From positions 1 to 27,280 of the forward strand of contig JALWML010000060.1 in NCBI GenBank assembly GCA_027083915.1: a DNA stretch of 27,280 nt, written 5' to 3'. Position 1 is the first letter of the stretch. Every line of letters begins with the position of its first letter. A program made the position numbers and the translations under genes. Shown here piece by piece: positions 1 through 8,271 of this stretch. The DNA is from Lysobacterales bacterium (GTDB lineage Bacteria; Pseudomonadota; Gammaproteobacteria; Xanthomonadales; Marinicellaceae). The notes under the pieces are model-generated. The model worked only from the letters and a program-made list of their open reading frames with translations, had not been told where the DNA came from and searched no databases.

Positions 1-113
1 ATGTTAAGATTCGCATTTTTAGAATAGTTATCGCTATTTCTTAACCGGTCAAGCATTTTAAACAAGATTTTTGTTTTGTGCTAGTAATTAGTTAACCCTT
101 TTGAGAATTTTTA

Positions 114-1181
114 ATGCAAATATTAGGCAAATATCTTCGCAAAGAAACACTGATAGCATTTTTCGCTATTTTATTAGTGTTGATGGTATTTACTATTGGT
201 AATTCTTTTGCAGGAACCTTACGTGCAATTGCAAGAGGCGTTTTACCTGCGTCAATGGTTTATGTGGAATTAGGCTTGCGTAGTATTGATGCATTGACAA
301 TATTATTGCCACTGTCTTTGTATCTAGCGGTGCTTTTTAAATTAGCTCAATTGTATCGTAACCAAGAAGCGGTAATATTTCATACCTCAGGTGTTAGTAG
401 CATGAAAATGCTTAAGATGTATTTACCCTTGATGGTATCATTTTTTGTTTTTTTATTGGTGTTGTCAATGTTTGTTTTGCCAGTTGTTTCTCGCACTTCT
501 GAGAAACTAACCATGGCTGCTAGTAAGAATGTATCATTAATGGGATTAAAAGAAGGCGTCTTTCAAGAACTTTCAGGCAGTAATTCTGTAATCTACGTAA
601 GGAAACTTAATGTAGAAGAAAATAGGTTGGAAAATATATTTGTAAATGTGAGGTATGAAGATAGGGTTGATACATTAACTGCGGAATATGGTTATCAATA
701 CGAAGATGAAAAAACAAAGGAGCGTTATATCTCCTTATATAACGGTTTTCGTAACGAAGGTGTGCCTGGCAGTAAGAGATATAATTTAATGAAGTTTGAA
801 CGAAATGATATAAAATTGCCACGTCTAAAAGGCAAGTCGGTCGATGTAGATGAAAATGGTAAAACCATATTTGAATTAATTAATTCTGATAGATTGGTAG
901 ATAAAGCGGAAATACACCAGAGATTATCACCAGCTTTTAATATTGTTGTGCTGATAATATTGGCATTATCAATATCTAAAACCTCTCCAAGAGATGGCAA
1001 ATATGGTAGCTTAATTCTTGGGTTGTTAATTTTTACTGCTTATATTAACCTTTTATTTATCGCCATATCGATGGTTGAACAGGGTAAGATTCCATTCTGG
1101 CTTGGCACTTGGTGGGTGCATTTGATGTTTCTTGCTTATGGCTTTTGGCGAATCCATAAAGCAGATAATGCTAACAGGTAG
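114..1181 (+). CDS. lptF: LPS export ABC transporter permease LptF
   Basis: 355 aa. N-terminus MQILGKYLRKE, 3 TM + periplasmic domain (GLKEGVFQEL) + 3 TM; tandem with an LptG-like ORF. Confidence 0.92.
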   Translation: MQILGKYLRKETLIAFFAILLVLMVFTIGNSFAGTLRAIARGVLPASMVYVELGLRSIDALTILLPLSLYLAVLFKLAQLYRNQEAVIFHTSGVSSMKMLKMYLPLMVSFFVFLLVLSMFVLPVVSRTSEKLTMAASKNVSLMGLKEGVFQELSGSNSVIYVRKLNVEENRLENIFVNVRYEDRVDTLTAEYGYQYEDEKTKERYISLYNGFRNEGVPGSKRYNLMKFERNDIKLPRLKGKSVDVDENGKTIFELINSDRLVDKAEIHQRLSPAFNIVVLIILALSISKTSPRDGKYGSLILGLLIFTAYINLLFIAISMVEQGKIPFWLGTWWVHLMFLAYGFWRIHKADNANR

Positions 1182-1188
1182 TTGGATT

Positions 1189-2274
1189 ATGTTTACTGTA
1201 TTAAATCGTTATATTATCAAATCCATTAGTTTGGGCTTGGTGTTGTCAGTCAGTATGTTCCTTACTTTGACCATTTTGCTGGACTTTATTAAGCAGGTTA
1301 ATTGGATTGGGACAGGAGATTTTACCGTTGGCAGTGCTATTTTTTATATCCTCTTAACTGTACCAAGTTTGGTTTTTGATTATTTTCCAGTTAGTGGTGT
1401 TGTTGGTTTAATGTTGGGGTTAGGTGCTTTGGCGGCTAATTCAGAATTGGTTGTTATTCAATCCTACGGTGTGAGTAGAATTAAATTGGCAGCAATTGTT
1501 GTGTTAACATTCTTCATCTGGTTAGTTCCACTTATGCTCATGGGTGAATACGTTGTGCCTCCTGCCAAATTAATGGCGGAATCCTATCGCAGCACTAAAA
1601 TGAGCAATGATATTGGATTAGGACTAAATTCAGGCGTTTGGTTGCGTGATGGTAATGTTATTTTTAATGCCACTCCGATTGGCAACGCTTATGATATAAA
1701 AAATGATAATATAGAAATGAACAATGTCACAGTTTATGAGCTCGATGATAAGTTGCAAGTCGTTAAAGTTTCAAAAGCACAAAAAGCAAAACACAGTAAT
1801 GGAAGTTGGGAACTTTCGGGATTAGAGGTAACTGATTTTACAGAGTTTGGTGTTAAAACTCAGGTCATTGATAAACAAGTCTGGCCATCCCGCATTAAAC
1901 CTGAAATATTAAGCATTACCCACTCACGCCCAAAATACTTGAGTATACGAGACATATTAAAATATAAAAATTTTAAAAATAATAACGATCATGTGCCTGC
2001 AAAATACGATATTGCTCTATGGTCTAAAATATCTTTTCCTTTGCTTGTTTTGGCTATTGCATTGTCGGGGCTACCTTTTGTGTTTGGGTTACTTCGCTCA
2101 GGTGGTTTTGGACAACGATTATTGATAGGGATAATGTTAGGTGTTATTTTATACTTAATGAATCGAATGTTTTTAAATGTAGGGGAAGTTTTTCATATTC
2201 ACCCTTTTGTAGTTTCAGTTTTGCCTTCGGTAGTGATACTCGCTTTGGTTTTTTTGTTATTAAAACGCCATTAA
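1189..2274 (+). CDS. lptG: LPS export ABC transporter permease LptG
   Basis: ORF track starts at 1132, but ATG 1189 (MFTVLNRYII) matches the usual LptG N-terminus and lies 7 nt after the lptF stop. Motifs LGALAANSELVV, GVWLRDG, FGLLRSG. Confidence 0.92.
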   Translation: MFTVLNRYIIKSISLGLVLSVSMFLTLTILLDFIKQVNWIGTGDFTVGSAIFYILLTVPSLVFDYFPVSGVVGLMLGLGALAANSELVVIQSYGVSRIKLAAIVVLTFFIWLVPLMLMGEYVVPPAKLMAESYRSTKMSNDIGLGLNSGVWLRDGNVIFNATPIGNAYDIKNDNIEMNNVTVYELDDKLQVVKVSKAQKAKHSNGSWELSGLEVTDFTEFGVKTQVIDKQVWPSRIKPEILSITHSRPKYLSIRDILKYKNFKNNNDHVPAKYDIALWSKISFPLLVLAIALSGLPFVFGLLRSGGFGQRLLIGIMLGVILYLMNRMFLNVGEVFHIHPFVVSVLPSVVILALVFLLLKRH

Positions 2275-2282
2275 CCTGGATA

Positions 2283-2509
2283 GAGGCCTTTGAATAACTC
2301 ATGTAACGAGTAAAAAAGTTGTAAAAAACTCCACTCTGCGTTAAAAAATTCGCAAAAATCCTTATGGAAAGGATTTTCACGCTAGCCCACGAAGTGGGTA
2401 AGTATCAGGGATGATACGCATAAATAGCGTGCTATTCGACTCATTTTTTGCCTTGATTGGAGCTTTTTTCATTCTTTTTTCCACCGTCCCAGAGTTATGC
2501 AAAAGTCTC
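2283..2509. mobile_element. MITE-like non-autonomous element with 18-bp imperfect terminal inverted repeats and nested hairpins
   Basis: Left end 2283-2300 GAGGCCTTTGAATAACTC vs reverse complement of 2492-2509 GAGACTTTTGCATAACTC, 15/18 identical. At least four internal hairpins, no transposase. Fills nearly the whole lptG/RDD convergent gap. Confidence 0.65.
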
Positions 2510-2515
2510 GAATAT

Positions 2516-2935
2516 TTATTTTGTGGTATTGTAGACAGTGTGAGAGTCACTAACTAAATCCATCCAAGACTTACCTTCATTTGAAAAGTATTTCCAAAAT
2601 AGCCCTAGCCCGAAAAAGGCAGTTGAAAAGATGCCAATAACAAAACGTAAGCATGCCTGTTTCCAAGAAAGCTGTTGTTGACTTTTATTATTTGGCTTTA
2701 TATGAATTTTCCAGGCCTTCATGCCGATAGTTTGACCACCGACCTTCCAAAAATAGATATAGTAGAGAGCGATTTCACAGAGAATAAGTGCCTGGAACCA
2801 CCATGTATGGGATTGAACTTCGTTTCCCGTACGTAAAATTAGGGTTAACCCTGATGTTACAATTAAAATTCCGATTACTGGGAATACATCATATATAAAG
2901 GCAGCCACATGCTTTAATACGTTGGTTTTAGACAT
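2516..2935 (-). CDS. RDD family membrane protein
   Basis: 139 aa with RDD-type pattern (AAFIYD...; GGQTIGMKAWKI; SWMDLVSDS). Convergent with lptG. Confidence 0.88.
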   Translation of the reverse strand: MSKTNVLKHVAAFIYDVFPVIGILIVTSGLTLILRTGNEVQSHTWWFQALILCEIALYYIYFWKVGGQTIGMKAWKIHIKPNNKSQQQLSWKQACLRFVIGIFSTAFFGLGLFWKYFSNEGKSWMDLVSDSHTVYNTTK

Positions 2936-3166
2936 AAATGTGATATATTAAAAAGTTAGTACATTATAACTTTCTAATATAAATAAATCTTTAAAATCAA
3001 AAATAAAAAAACTAAAAATCATTGAATAAATACTTTTCTTTTTGATTAAAGAAATGTATTCTAGACAAACTAAAAGTTGAGTGCAGCTGTAAAAGTGATA
3101 TTTTTTATAAAAAAATCACCTAATACAACTGATTTTCCTTAATCAAAAAAAGAGTGTAAACACGGT

Positions 3167-3946
3167 ATGTTTAATCGTAAAAATCAAAAGAAAACCGTTA
3201 ACAAAATAACAGCAGTTGTTTTATTGTTAGCAATGGGATGTATAAATGCACAACCCCTAAATACAGCTGTTCAAGTAGCAGTAAACACAAATAAAGCTGC
3301 GGCACAAGCGCAGGTAAGAATAGATAAATTGAGTACACAAACGGACAATCTAGTTGGACAATACAGACAAGTCTTGAATGAAATTGAAAGCTTAAGAGCT
3401 TACAACAAACAATTGGAAGCGGTTGTTAGTGACCAAAGAGTTCAAGTAGAATCTATGAATAAGCAAATGACAACATTAGAGCAGACCAATCGAGGTATTG
3501 TTCCAATGATTATTGAAATGGTCGATGCTCTAGGTCAATTAGTTGAAGCGGATTTGCCATTTAAGAAAGAAGAGAGACTTGAAAGAGTTTCAAAACTTGA
3601 AGATTTGTTGGGAAAATCCGATTTAACAACTGCAGAGCTTTATAGAAAGGTAACAGAAGCTTATGGAATTGAGTTAGATTATGGTTCATCTGCAGAATCT
3701 TATCAGGGCGAATTGCCAGATGGTAAAAAAGTGGATTTCTTAAGAGTTGGTAGAAACATTCTTGTTTACCAAACATTCAACCAAGAAGTTTCAGGTTGGT
3801 GGAATCCAAAAACACAAAAATTTGAAGAGATTGATAGACGCTATAATGATGAAATTAAAGAAGCGTTAAGAATTGCAAGTAAGAAAGCATCACCGAACCT
3901 AGTTGGATTACCTGTTTTAGGTGCACAACAAGCTGGAGGTCAATAA
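3167..3946 (+). CDS. DUF3450-like periplasmic coiled-coil protein (TtpB-like), first gene of TonB operon
   Basis: 259 aa with signal peptide, long coiled coil, then DLPFKKEERLERV and VDFLRVGR motifs; directly upstream of a TtpC-like gene. Confidence 0.8.
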   Translation: MFNRKNQKKTVNKITAVVLLLAMGCINAQPLNTAVQVAVNTNKAAAQAQVRIDKLSTQTDNLVGQYRQVLNEIESLRAYNKQLEAVVSDQRVQVESMNKQMTTLEQTNRGIVPMIIEMVDALGQLVEADLPFKKEERLERVSKLEDLLGKSDLTTAELYRKVTEAYGIELDYGSSAESYQGELPDGKKVDFLRVGRNILVYQTFNQEVSGWWNPKTQKFEEIDRRYNDEIKEALRIASKKASPNLVGLPVLGAQQAGGQ

Positions 3947-3947
3947 C

Positions 3948-5297
3948 ATGAAAAACTTTAAAATGAAAAAAATATTATCTCTTATGCTGATTGCGTTATT
4001 TGTTAGCAATATGGCTTCGGCAATCACATTAAATGAACTGGTTAATCTTGTTAAAAAGTCTGCAACTGAAAGTTCGGCTGAAAACAGAAAGCGTGTCAAT
4101 GAATTTAAACAACAAAGAAACCAACAACAAGCTTTGCTAACAAAAGCGAAAGCGACACTCAAAGCATTGGAAGCAAAAACAGATGCTTTAAAGACAGAGT
4201 TTGATGCCAATGAAGAGACGTTAGCAAACTTGGAAACTGTTTTACATGAAAGAGCTGGTAACCTCGGTGAAATGCATGGAACGGTTAAGATTTTGGCTGG
4301 TGATTTACGCAGTCGCTTAGAAAATTCTTTTACCAGTGCACAATTTAGTGGGCGTTCTGAGTTTTTGAAAAATTTAGCGGCTAATAAAGAACTGCCAAAC
4401 ATTGCTGATTTAAAGCAACTGTGGTTAGAATTTACTAAAGAAATTGCAGAACAAGCTAAAACGGTTAAGTTTACTGCGCCAGTACTGAATGGTGATGGTG
4501 AAATTGAAGAAAATGTAAATGTTACTCGTATAGGTGTATTTAATGCTTTTGATATGAAGGGTAATTTTTTAACTTGGAATGAAGAAGGAGCTGTATTATA
4601 CAGAAATAATAAGCAGCCAACTGGTAAGTATAAAGATATGGCAGTAAAATTTGTTCAAGCCGCACCAGGGGCGATTGTTCATGCCCCAATTGATTATTCG
4701 AAAGGTCAAATTCTTGAGTTAGTAACAGCTTCACCAAGTTTGAAAGAGAAAGTGAAACAAGGTGGTTTAGTTGGTTATGTTATTATTGGGCTAGGAATAA
4801 TTGGATTGTTGCTCGCTTTAGTTAAATTCTTAAGCTTATTGGCATCAGGATCAAAAATCAGGAGTCAATTGAAGAATAAAACACCAAAATCAAACAATGC
4901 ACTAGGACGTATCATGTCAGTTTATACTGAAAACCCTGATGCAGATATTGAAACAATGGAATTGAAGATGGATGAAGCGATTCTTCGTGAGACAGCCCCA
5001 CTTGAAAGTGGTCTTTCCTTCATCAAAGTGATGTATGTTATTGCGCCTCTTATGGGTCTGCTTGGAACGGTTGTTGGTATGATTGCAACATTCCAAATGA
5101 TTACATTGTTCGGTACAGGTGATCCAAAATCAATGGCTGGTGGTATTTCGCAAGCCTTGGTAACAACTGTGCTGGGCTTGGTTGTAGCTATACCTTTAAC
5201 TATTCTGCACTCAGTGTTGCAGTCAATGGCAAGAAAACAAACGCAAATACTCGAAGAGCAAAGTGCAGGTATTATTGCGCGTATAGCGGAGAAATAA
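3948..5297 (+). CDS. ttpC: Long MotA/TolQ/ExbB-family protein with large periplasmic N-domain (TtpC-like)
   Basis: Likely start ATG 3948 (GGAGG at 3935-3939). Signal peptide, coiled coil, C-terminal ExbB channel motifs APLMGLLGTVVGMI and GGISQALVTTVLGL. Confidence 0.82.
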   Translation: MKNFKMKKILSLMLIALFVSNMASAITLNELVNLVKKSATESSAENRKRVNEFKQQRNQQQALLTKAKATLKALEAKTDALKTEFDANEETLANLETVLHERAGNLGEMHGTVKILAGDLRSRLENSFTSAQFSGRSEFLKNLAANKELPNIADLKQLWLEFTKEIAEQAKTVKFTAPVLNGDGEIEENVNVTRIGVFNAFDMKGNFLTWNEEGAVLYRNNKQPTGKYKDMAVKFVQAAPGAIVHAPIDYSKGQILELVTASPSLKEKVKQGGLVGYVIIGLGIIGLLLALVKFLSLLASGSKIRSQLKNKTPKSNNALGRIMSVYTENPDADIETMELKMDEAILRETAPLESGLSFIKVMYVIAPLMGLLGTVVGMIATFQMITLFGTGDPKSMAGGISQALVTTVLGLVVAIPLTILHSVLQSMARKQTQILEEQSAGIIARIAEK

Positions 5298-5298
5298 G

Positions 5299-5826
5299 AT
5301 GTTATTCCAGTTAAAAGAAGCCTGGTTTAAAATTCTTAGCTTTATTGATATGGGTGGCCCAGTGTTATGGGCCATCATGGCAGTCTTGTTCTTCATGTGG
5401 CTTATGGTTATTGAGCGCTTATGGTATTATTTGATTACTTTTCCTAAGAAAAGAAGTGCTATTCTTTCGATGTGGGATAATAGAGCAGATACCACTAGCT
5501 GGTACGCAAAAAGAATAAGAGAGCAGTACATATCGGAGGCAAATATAGATTTAAAGTCTGGTTTAGGTTTTCTTGATGCGTTGGTTGCTATTAGCCCATT
5601 ATTAGGGTTATTTGGAACAGTGTATGGAATGTTGGGTGTTTTTGAGATTATGGCTACTGAAGGAACCTCAAATGCCCGTGCGATGGCTGGAGGAGTTGCA
5701 AAAGCAACAGTTCCAACGATGGCAGGTATGATTGCAGCACTTTCAGGAATCTTTTTTACAACCTATTTTAAACAAAAAGCACAGGTTGAAACTCAAAAGC
5801 TTGAAGATTCCATGATTCAACATTAA
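5299..5826 (+). CDS. exbB: MotA/TolQ/ExbB proton channel protein (short ExbB)
   Basis: 175 aa; SPLLGLFGTVYGM and AGGVAKATVPTMAG motifs. Confidence 0.88.
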   Translation: MLFQLKEAWFKILSFIDMGGPVLWAIMAVLFFMWLMVIERLWYYLITFPKKRSAILSMWDNRADTTSWYAKRIREQYISEANIDLKSGLGFLDALVAISPLLGLFGTVYGMLGVFEIMATEGTSNARAMAGGVAKATVPTMAGMIAALSGIFFTTYFKQKAQVETQKLEDSMIQH

Positions 5827-5843
5827 GCAAGAGTAACCATTAG

Positions 5844-5862
5844 GAGTGAATTTATTTCACTC
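5844..5862 (+). other. Intergenic hairpin between exbB and exbD
   Basis: GAGTGAA-tttat-TTCACTC, perfect 7-bp stem; no U-tract. Confidence 0.45.
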
Positions 5863-5896
5863 ATAAACAAACAAATAATTTTATAGAGGTCTAGAA

Positions 5897-6298
5897 ATGA
5901 GACGTAGACATTTTCAAGAAGATGAAGCAGAGATAAATATCACACCAATGTTGGATGTTGTATTTATTATGTTAATATTTTTTATCGTAACAACATCATT
6001 CGTTAAAGAAACGGGTGTGACCATTAGTCGTCCATCAGCATCATCTGCTAAGCAGGTGAAAAAGGGTAATATCTTGGTAGCTATTAAAGATACTGGTAAG
6101 ATATGGATCAATAAACGTGAGATTGATATTAGAGCAGTGCGTGCAGTAGTTGAAAAAATGCATGCTGAGAATCCAGAAGGTTCAGCTGTAATTATTGCAG
6201 ATAGAGGTTCTAGAACAGGGGATTTAGTAACGGTAATGGATCAAATTAAAGCTGCTAAGGTTGATAAAATATCAATTGCAGCAACAAAAGCTGATTAA
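5897..6298 (+). CDS. exbD: Biopolymer transport protein ExbD
   Basis: 133 aa; INITPMLDVVFIMLIFFIVT with the conserved TM Asp; RBS GAGG upstream. Confidence 0.93.
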   Translation: MRRRHFQEDEAEINITPMLDVVFIMLIFFIVTTSFVKETGVTISRPSASSAKQVKKGNILVAIKDTGKIWINKREIDIRAVRAVVEKMHAENPEGSAVIIADRGSRTGDLVTVMDQIKAAKVDKISIAATKAD

Positions 6299-6310
6299 TC
6301 AGGAGTTTTT

Positions 6311-6949
6311 ATGAGTAGCATTACAAGAGGTGGTATATCAGTTATACCTGCTGGAATAATTACCTTCTTTTTATTTATAGGTATGTATTGGTTGGTTAAT
6401 TTATCAAATCATGAGAAACCCAATGATGATGATAATATCTCCATTGATTTCTCCCCAGTTAAAATAGATGAAGACATTAATCAAAAGCAGAGACGTATTC
6501 CTAAGAAACCACCGCCTCCAAAAGAACCACCTCCTCCACCAAAGATGAATATCCAACAGAGTCAGTCGGTAGCTAATAATATGCCCACACCTAATGTTCC
6601 AGCATTGGATCTTGGAATTGGTGGTGGTGGACCATTTATTGGCCCAGGTGGAGGGAGTGTGGATATGACAAAAGATGGTGGCATTATCCCAATTGTCACA
6701 ATCGCACCAAATTATCCAAGAAAGGCAGCTATTGCTAAAATTGAAGGGTGGGTAGAAATAGAGTTTACCATTACAGAAGCAGGGACGGTCGTAAGTCCTA
6801 AAGTGGTCGCATCGAAACCAGTCAGAATATTTGATAGGGAAGCATTACGTGCTATATTGAAGTATAAATTTAAACCAAAAGTTGTTGATGGTGTTGCTAT
6901 GACTCAAGTAGCAAGGCAAAGAATTGACTTTAAACTAGCTAAGGATTAA
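6311..6949 (+). CDS. tonB: Energy transducer TonB (short, TonB2/3 type)
   Basis: 212 aa; N-terminal TM, Pro-rich KKPPPPKEPPPPP, TonB C-domain YPRKA...EGWVEIEFTI...FDREALRAI; RBS AGGAG. Confidence 0.93.
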   Translation: MSSITRGGISVIPAGIITFFLFIGMYWLVNLSNHEKPNDDDNISIDFSPVKIDEDINQKQRRIPKKPPPPKEPPPPPKMNIQQSQSVANNMPTPNVPALDLGIGGGGPFIGPGGGSVDMTKDGGIIPIVTIAPNYPRKAAIAKIEGWVEIEFTITEAGTVVSPKVVASKPVRIFDREALRAILKYKFKPKVVDGVAMTQVARQRIDFKLAKD

Positions 6950-6954
6950 TGTAA

Positions 6955-8265
6955 ATGATGAGAAAATTAAAAATATCAGTACTTGCGGTTATTTTGTTAA
7001 GCTTTGGACTTTCCGTAGCTGGAGAATTTAAGACGGGAAACCCAGAACGAAAAAGATCAAATAAAGAAGCAATGAGTGAAGCAACTTTTAAGAAATTCAC
7101 TAAACTTCAAGAATTTATTGCTGATTCAAAATATGATGATGCAAGAGCAGGGCTAAATGCACTTTTACAAAGAAGATTAAATGCATTTGAAAAGGCAAAT
7201 GTCAATCAATACCTTGGTTATATTGAACAAGCAGAGGGACATTATGAAAAGGCTGCCAAATATTTTCAGGCAGCTTTAGACTCTGATGCATTACCTAATC
7301 AAGCTCATTTTCCGATGATGATTCAAGTGGCACAAATGTTAATAGGGAGTGGAAAATATAAGAAAGGTCTTGATATGCTCCATAAATATTATAAGCAGAC
7401 AGATGCAATTAAAGACAGTGTTTTTGCATTAGAAGCAAATGCCTACGCTCAGTTAAAGCAATATAATAAGGCAATACCGATTTTAAAAAAGGCAATCAGT
7501 TTATCAGATAAGCCTTCAGAGACTTGGTATTATTTATTGTATTCTTTGTATATGGAAACATCGCAGTTTCAGCAGGCGGCAAAAACCCTAGAAACTCTGA
7601 TTGCAATTAATCCAAATAAGGAAGATTATTGGAAGCGTTTATCAGGTGTTTACTTTAATCTTAAGAAAGATGATAAGGCTTTAGCAACTTTAGTTGTGGC
7701 CGACAAAAATGGAATGATGAAGGATGAAAAGGAAAGATTGCGTATATTTAGAATGTATGCTTTTCTTGGTGTGCCTTATAAAGCAGGAAAAGTCTTAGAA
7801 CAAGGACTAAAAGATGGAGTCATCAAGTCGGAATATAAGCATTGGAAAACTTTAGGAGAAGTCTGGTATACAGCTGCTGAAATGGATAAAGCATTGGCTG
7901 CATTTGATGAGGCTAGTAAAACTGCGCAAGATGGACAAATTGACTTTAGAAGAGCGTATATTTATTTCGATCGAGAAGATTGGCCTAATGTCATAAAAGC
8001 GCTGAGTTCAGCTCTAGAAAAAGGTGGTCTGAAGGAAAAGAAAGTTGGGCAAGCTTGGTTGCTTTTGGGAATGGCTAATAGTGAATTGGGAAATATGCCT
8101 AAAGCAATAGAATCACTAAAAAAAGCCACTAAATATAAAAGCTCACGCAGCAATGCTGTTCAGTGGTTGGAGCATATTGCGAGCCAACAAAGAAGAGCTA
8201 AATTAGAGGAAGAACAGAGAAAAATGTTAGAAGAAAAGGCTTCTGACGTTGTAAACGAAACCTAA
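6955..8265 (+). CDS. Periplasmic tetratricopeptide-repeat protein of the TonB operon (TtpD-like)
   Basis: 436 aa; signal peptide and repeated TPR-like helix pairs; last gene of the ttp-type cluster. Confidence 0.8.
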   Translation: MMRKLKISVLAVILLSFGLSVAGEFKTGNPERKRSNKEAMSEATFKKFTKLQEFIADSKYDDARAGLNALLQRRLNAFEKANVNQYLGYIEQAEGHYEKAAKYFQAALDSDALPNQAHFPMMIQVAQMLIGSGKYKKGLDMLHKYYKQTDAIKDSVFALEANAYAQLKQYNKAIPILKKAISLSDKPSETWYYLLYSLYMETSQFQQAAKTLETLIAINPNKEDYWKRLSGVYFNLKKDDKALATLVVADKNGMMKDEKERLRIFRMYAFLGVPYKAGKVLEQGLKDGVIKSEYKHWKTLGEVWYTAAEMDKALAAFDEASKTAQDGQIDFRRAYIYFDREDWPNVIKALSSALEKGGLKEKKVGQAWLLLGMANSELGNMPKAIESLKKATKYKSSRSNAVQWLEHIASQQRRAKLEEEQRKMLEEKASDVVNET

Positions 8266-8271
8266 AGTATT

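Noticed and set aside
1-16. Possible start of a divergent gene (reverse complement ATGCGAATCTTAACA, MRILT), where pepA often lies upstream of lptF
   Set aside because: Only five codons are in the window, with no RBS or diagnostic motif.
1132-1188. ORF-track N-terminal extension of lptG (the same applies to starts at 3921, 21691 and 25159)
   Set aside because: Downstream ATGs give family-typical N-termini, RBSs or signal peptides; the extensions overlap upstream genes.
2144-2380. 78-aa minus-strand ORF starting inside the MITE
   Set aside because: Antisense to lptG, with no transposase or toxin motif; likely a by-product of the element.
3008-3026. Fur-box-like sequence upstream of the TonB operon
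   Set aside because: Only 11/19 matches in a very AT-rich region; chance level.
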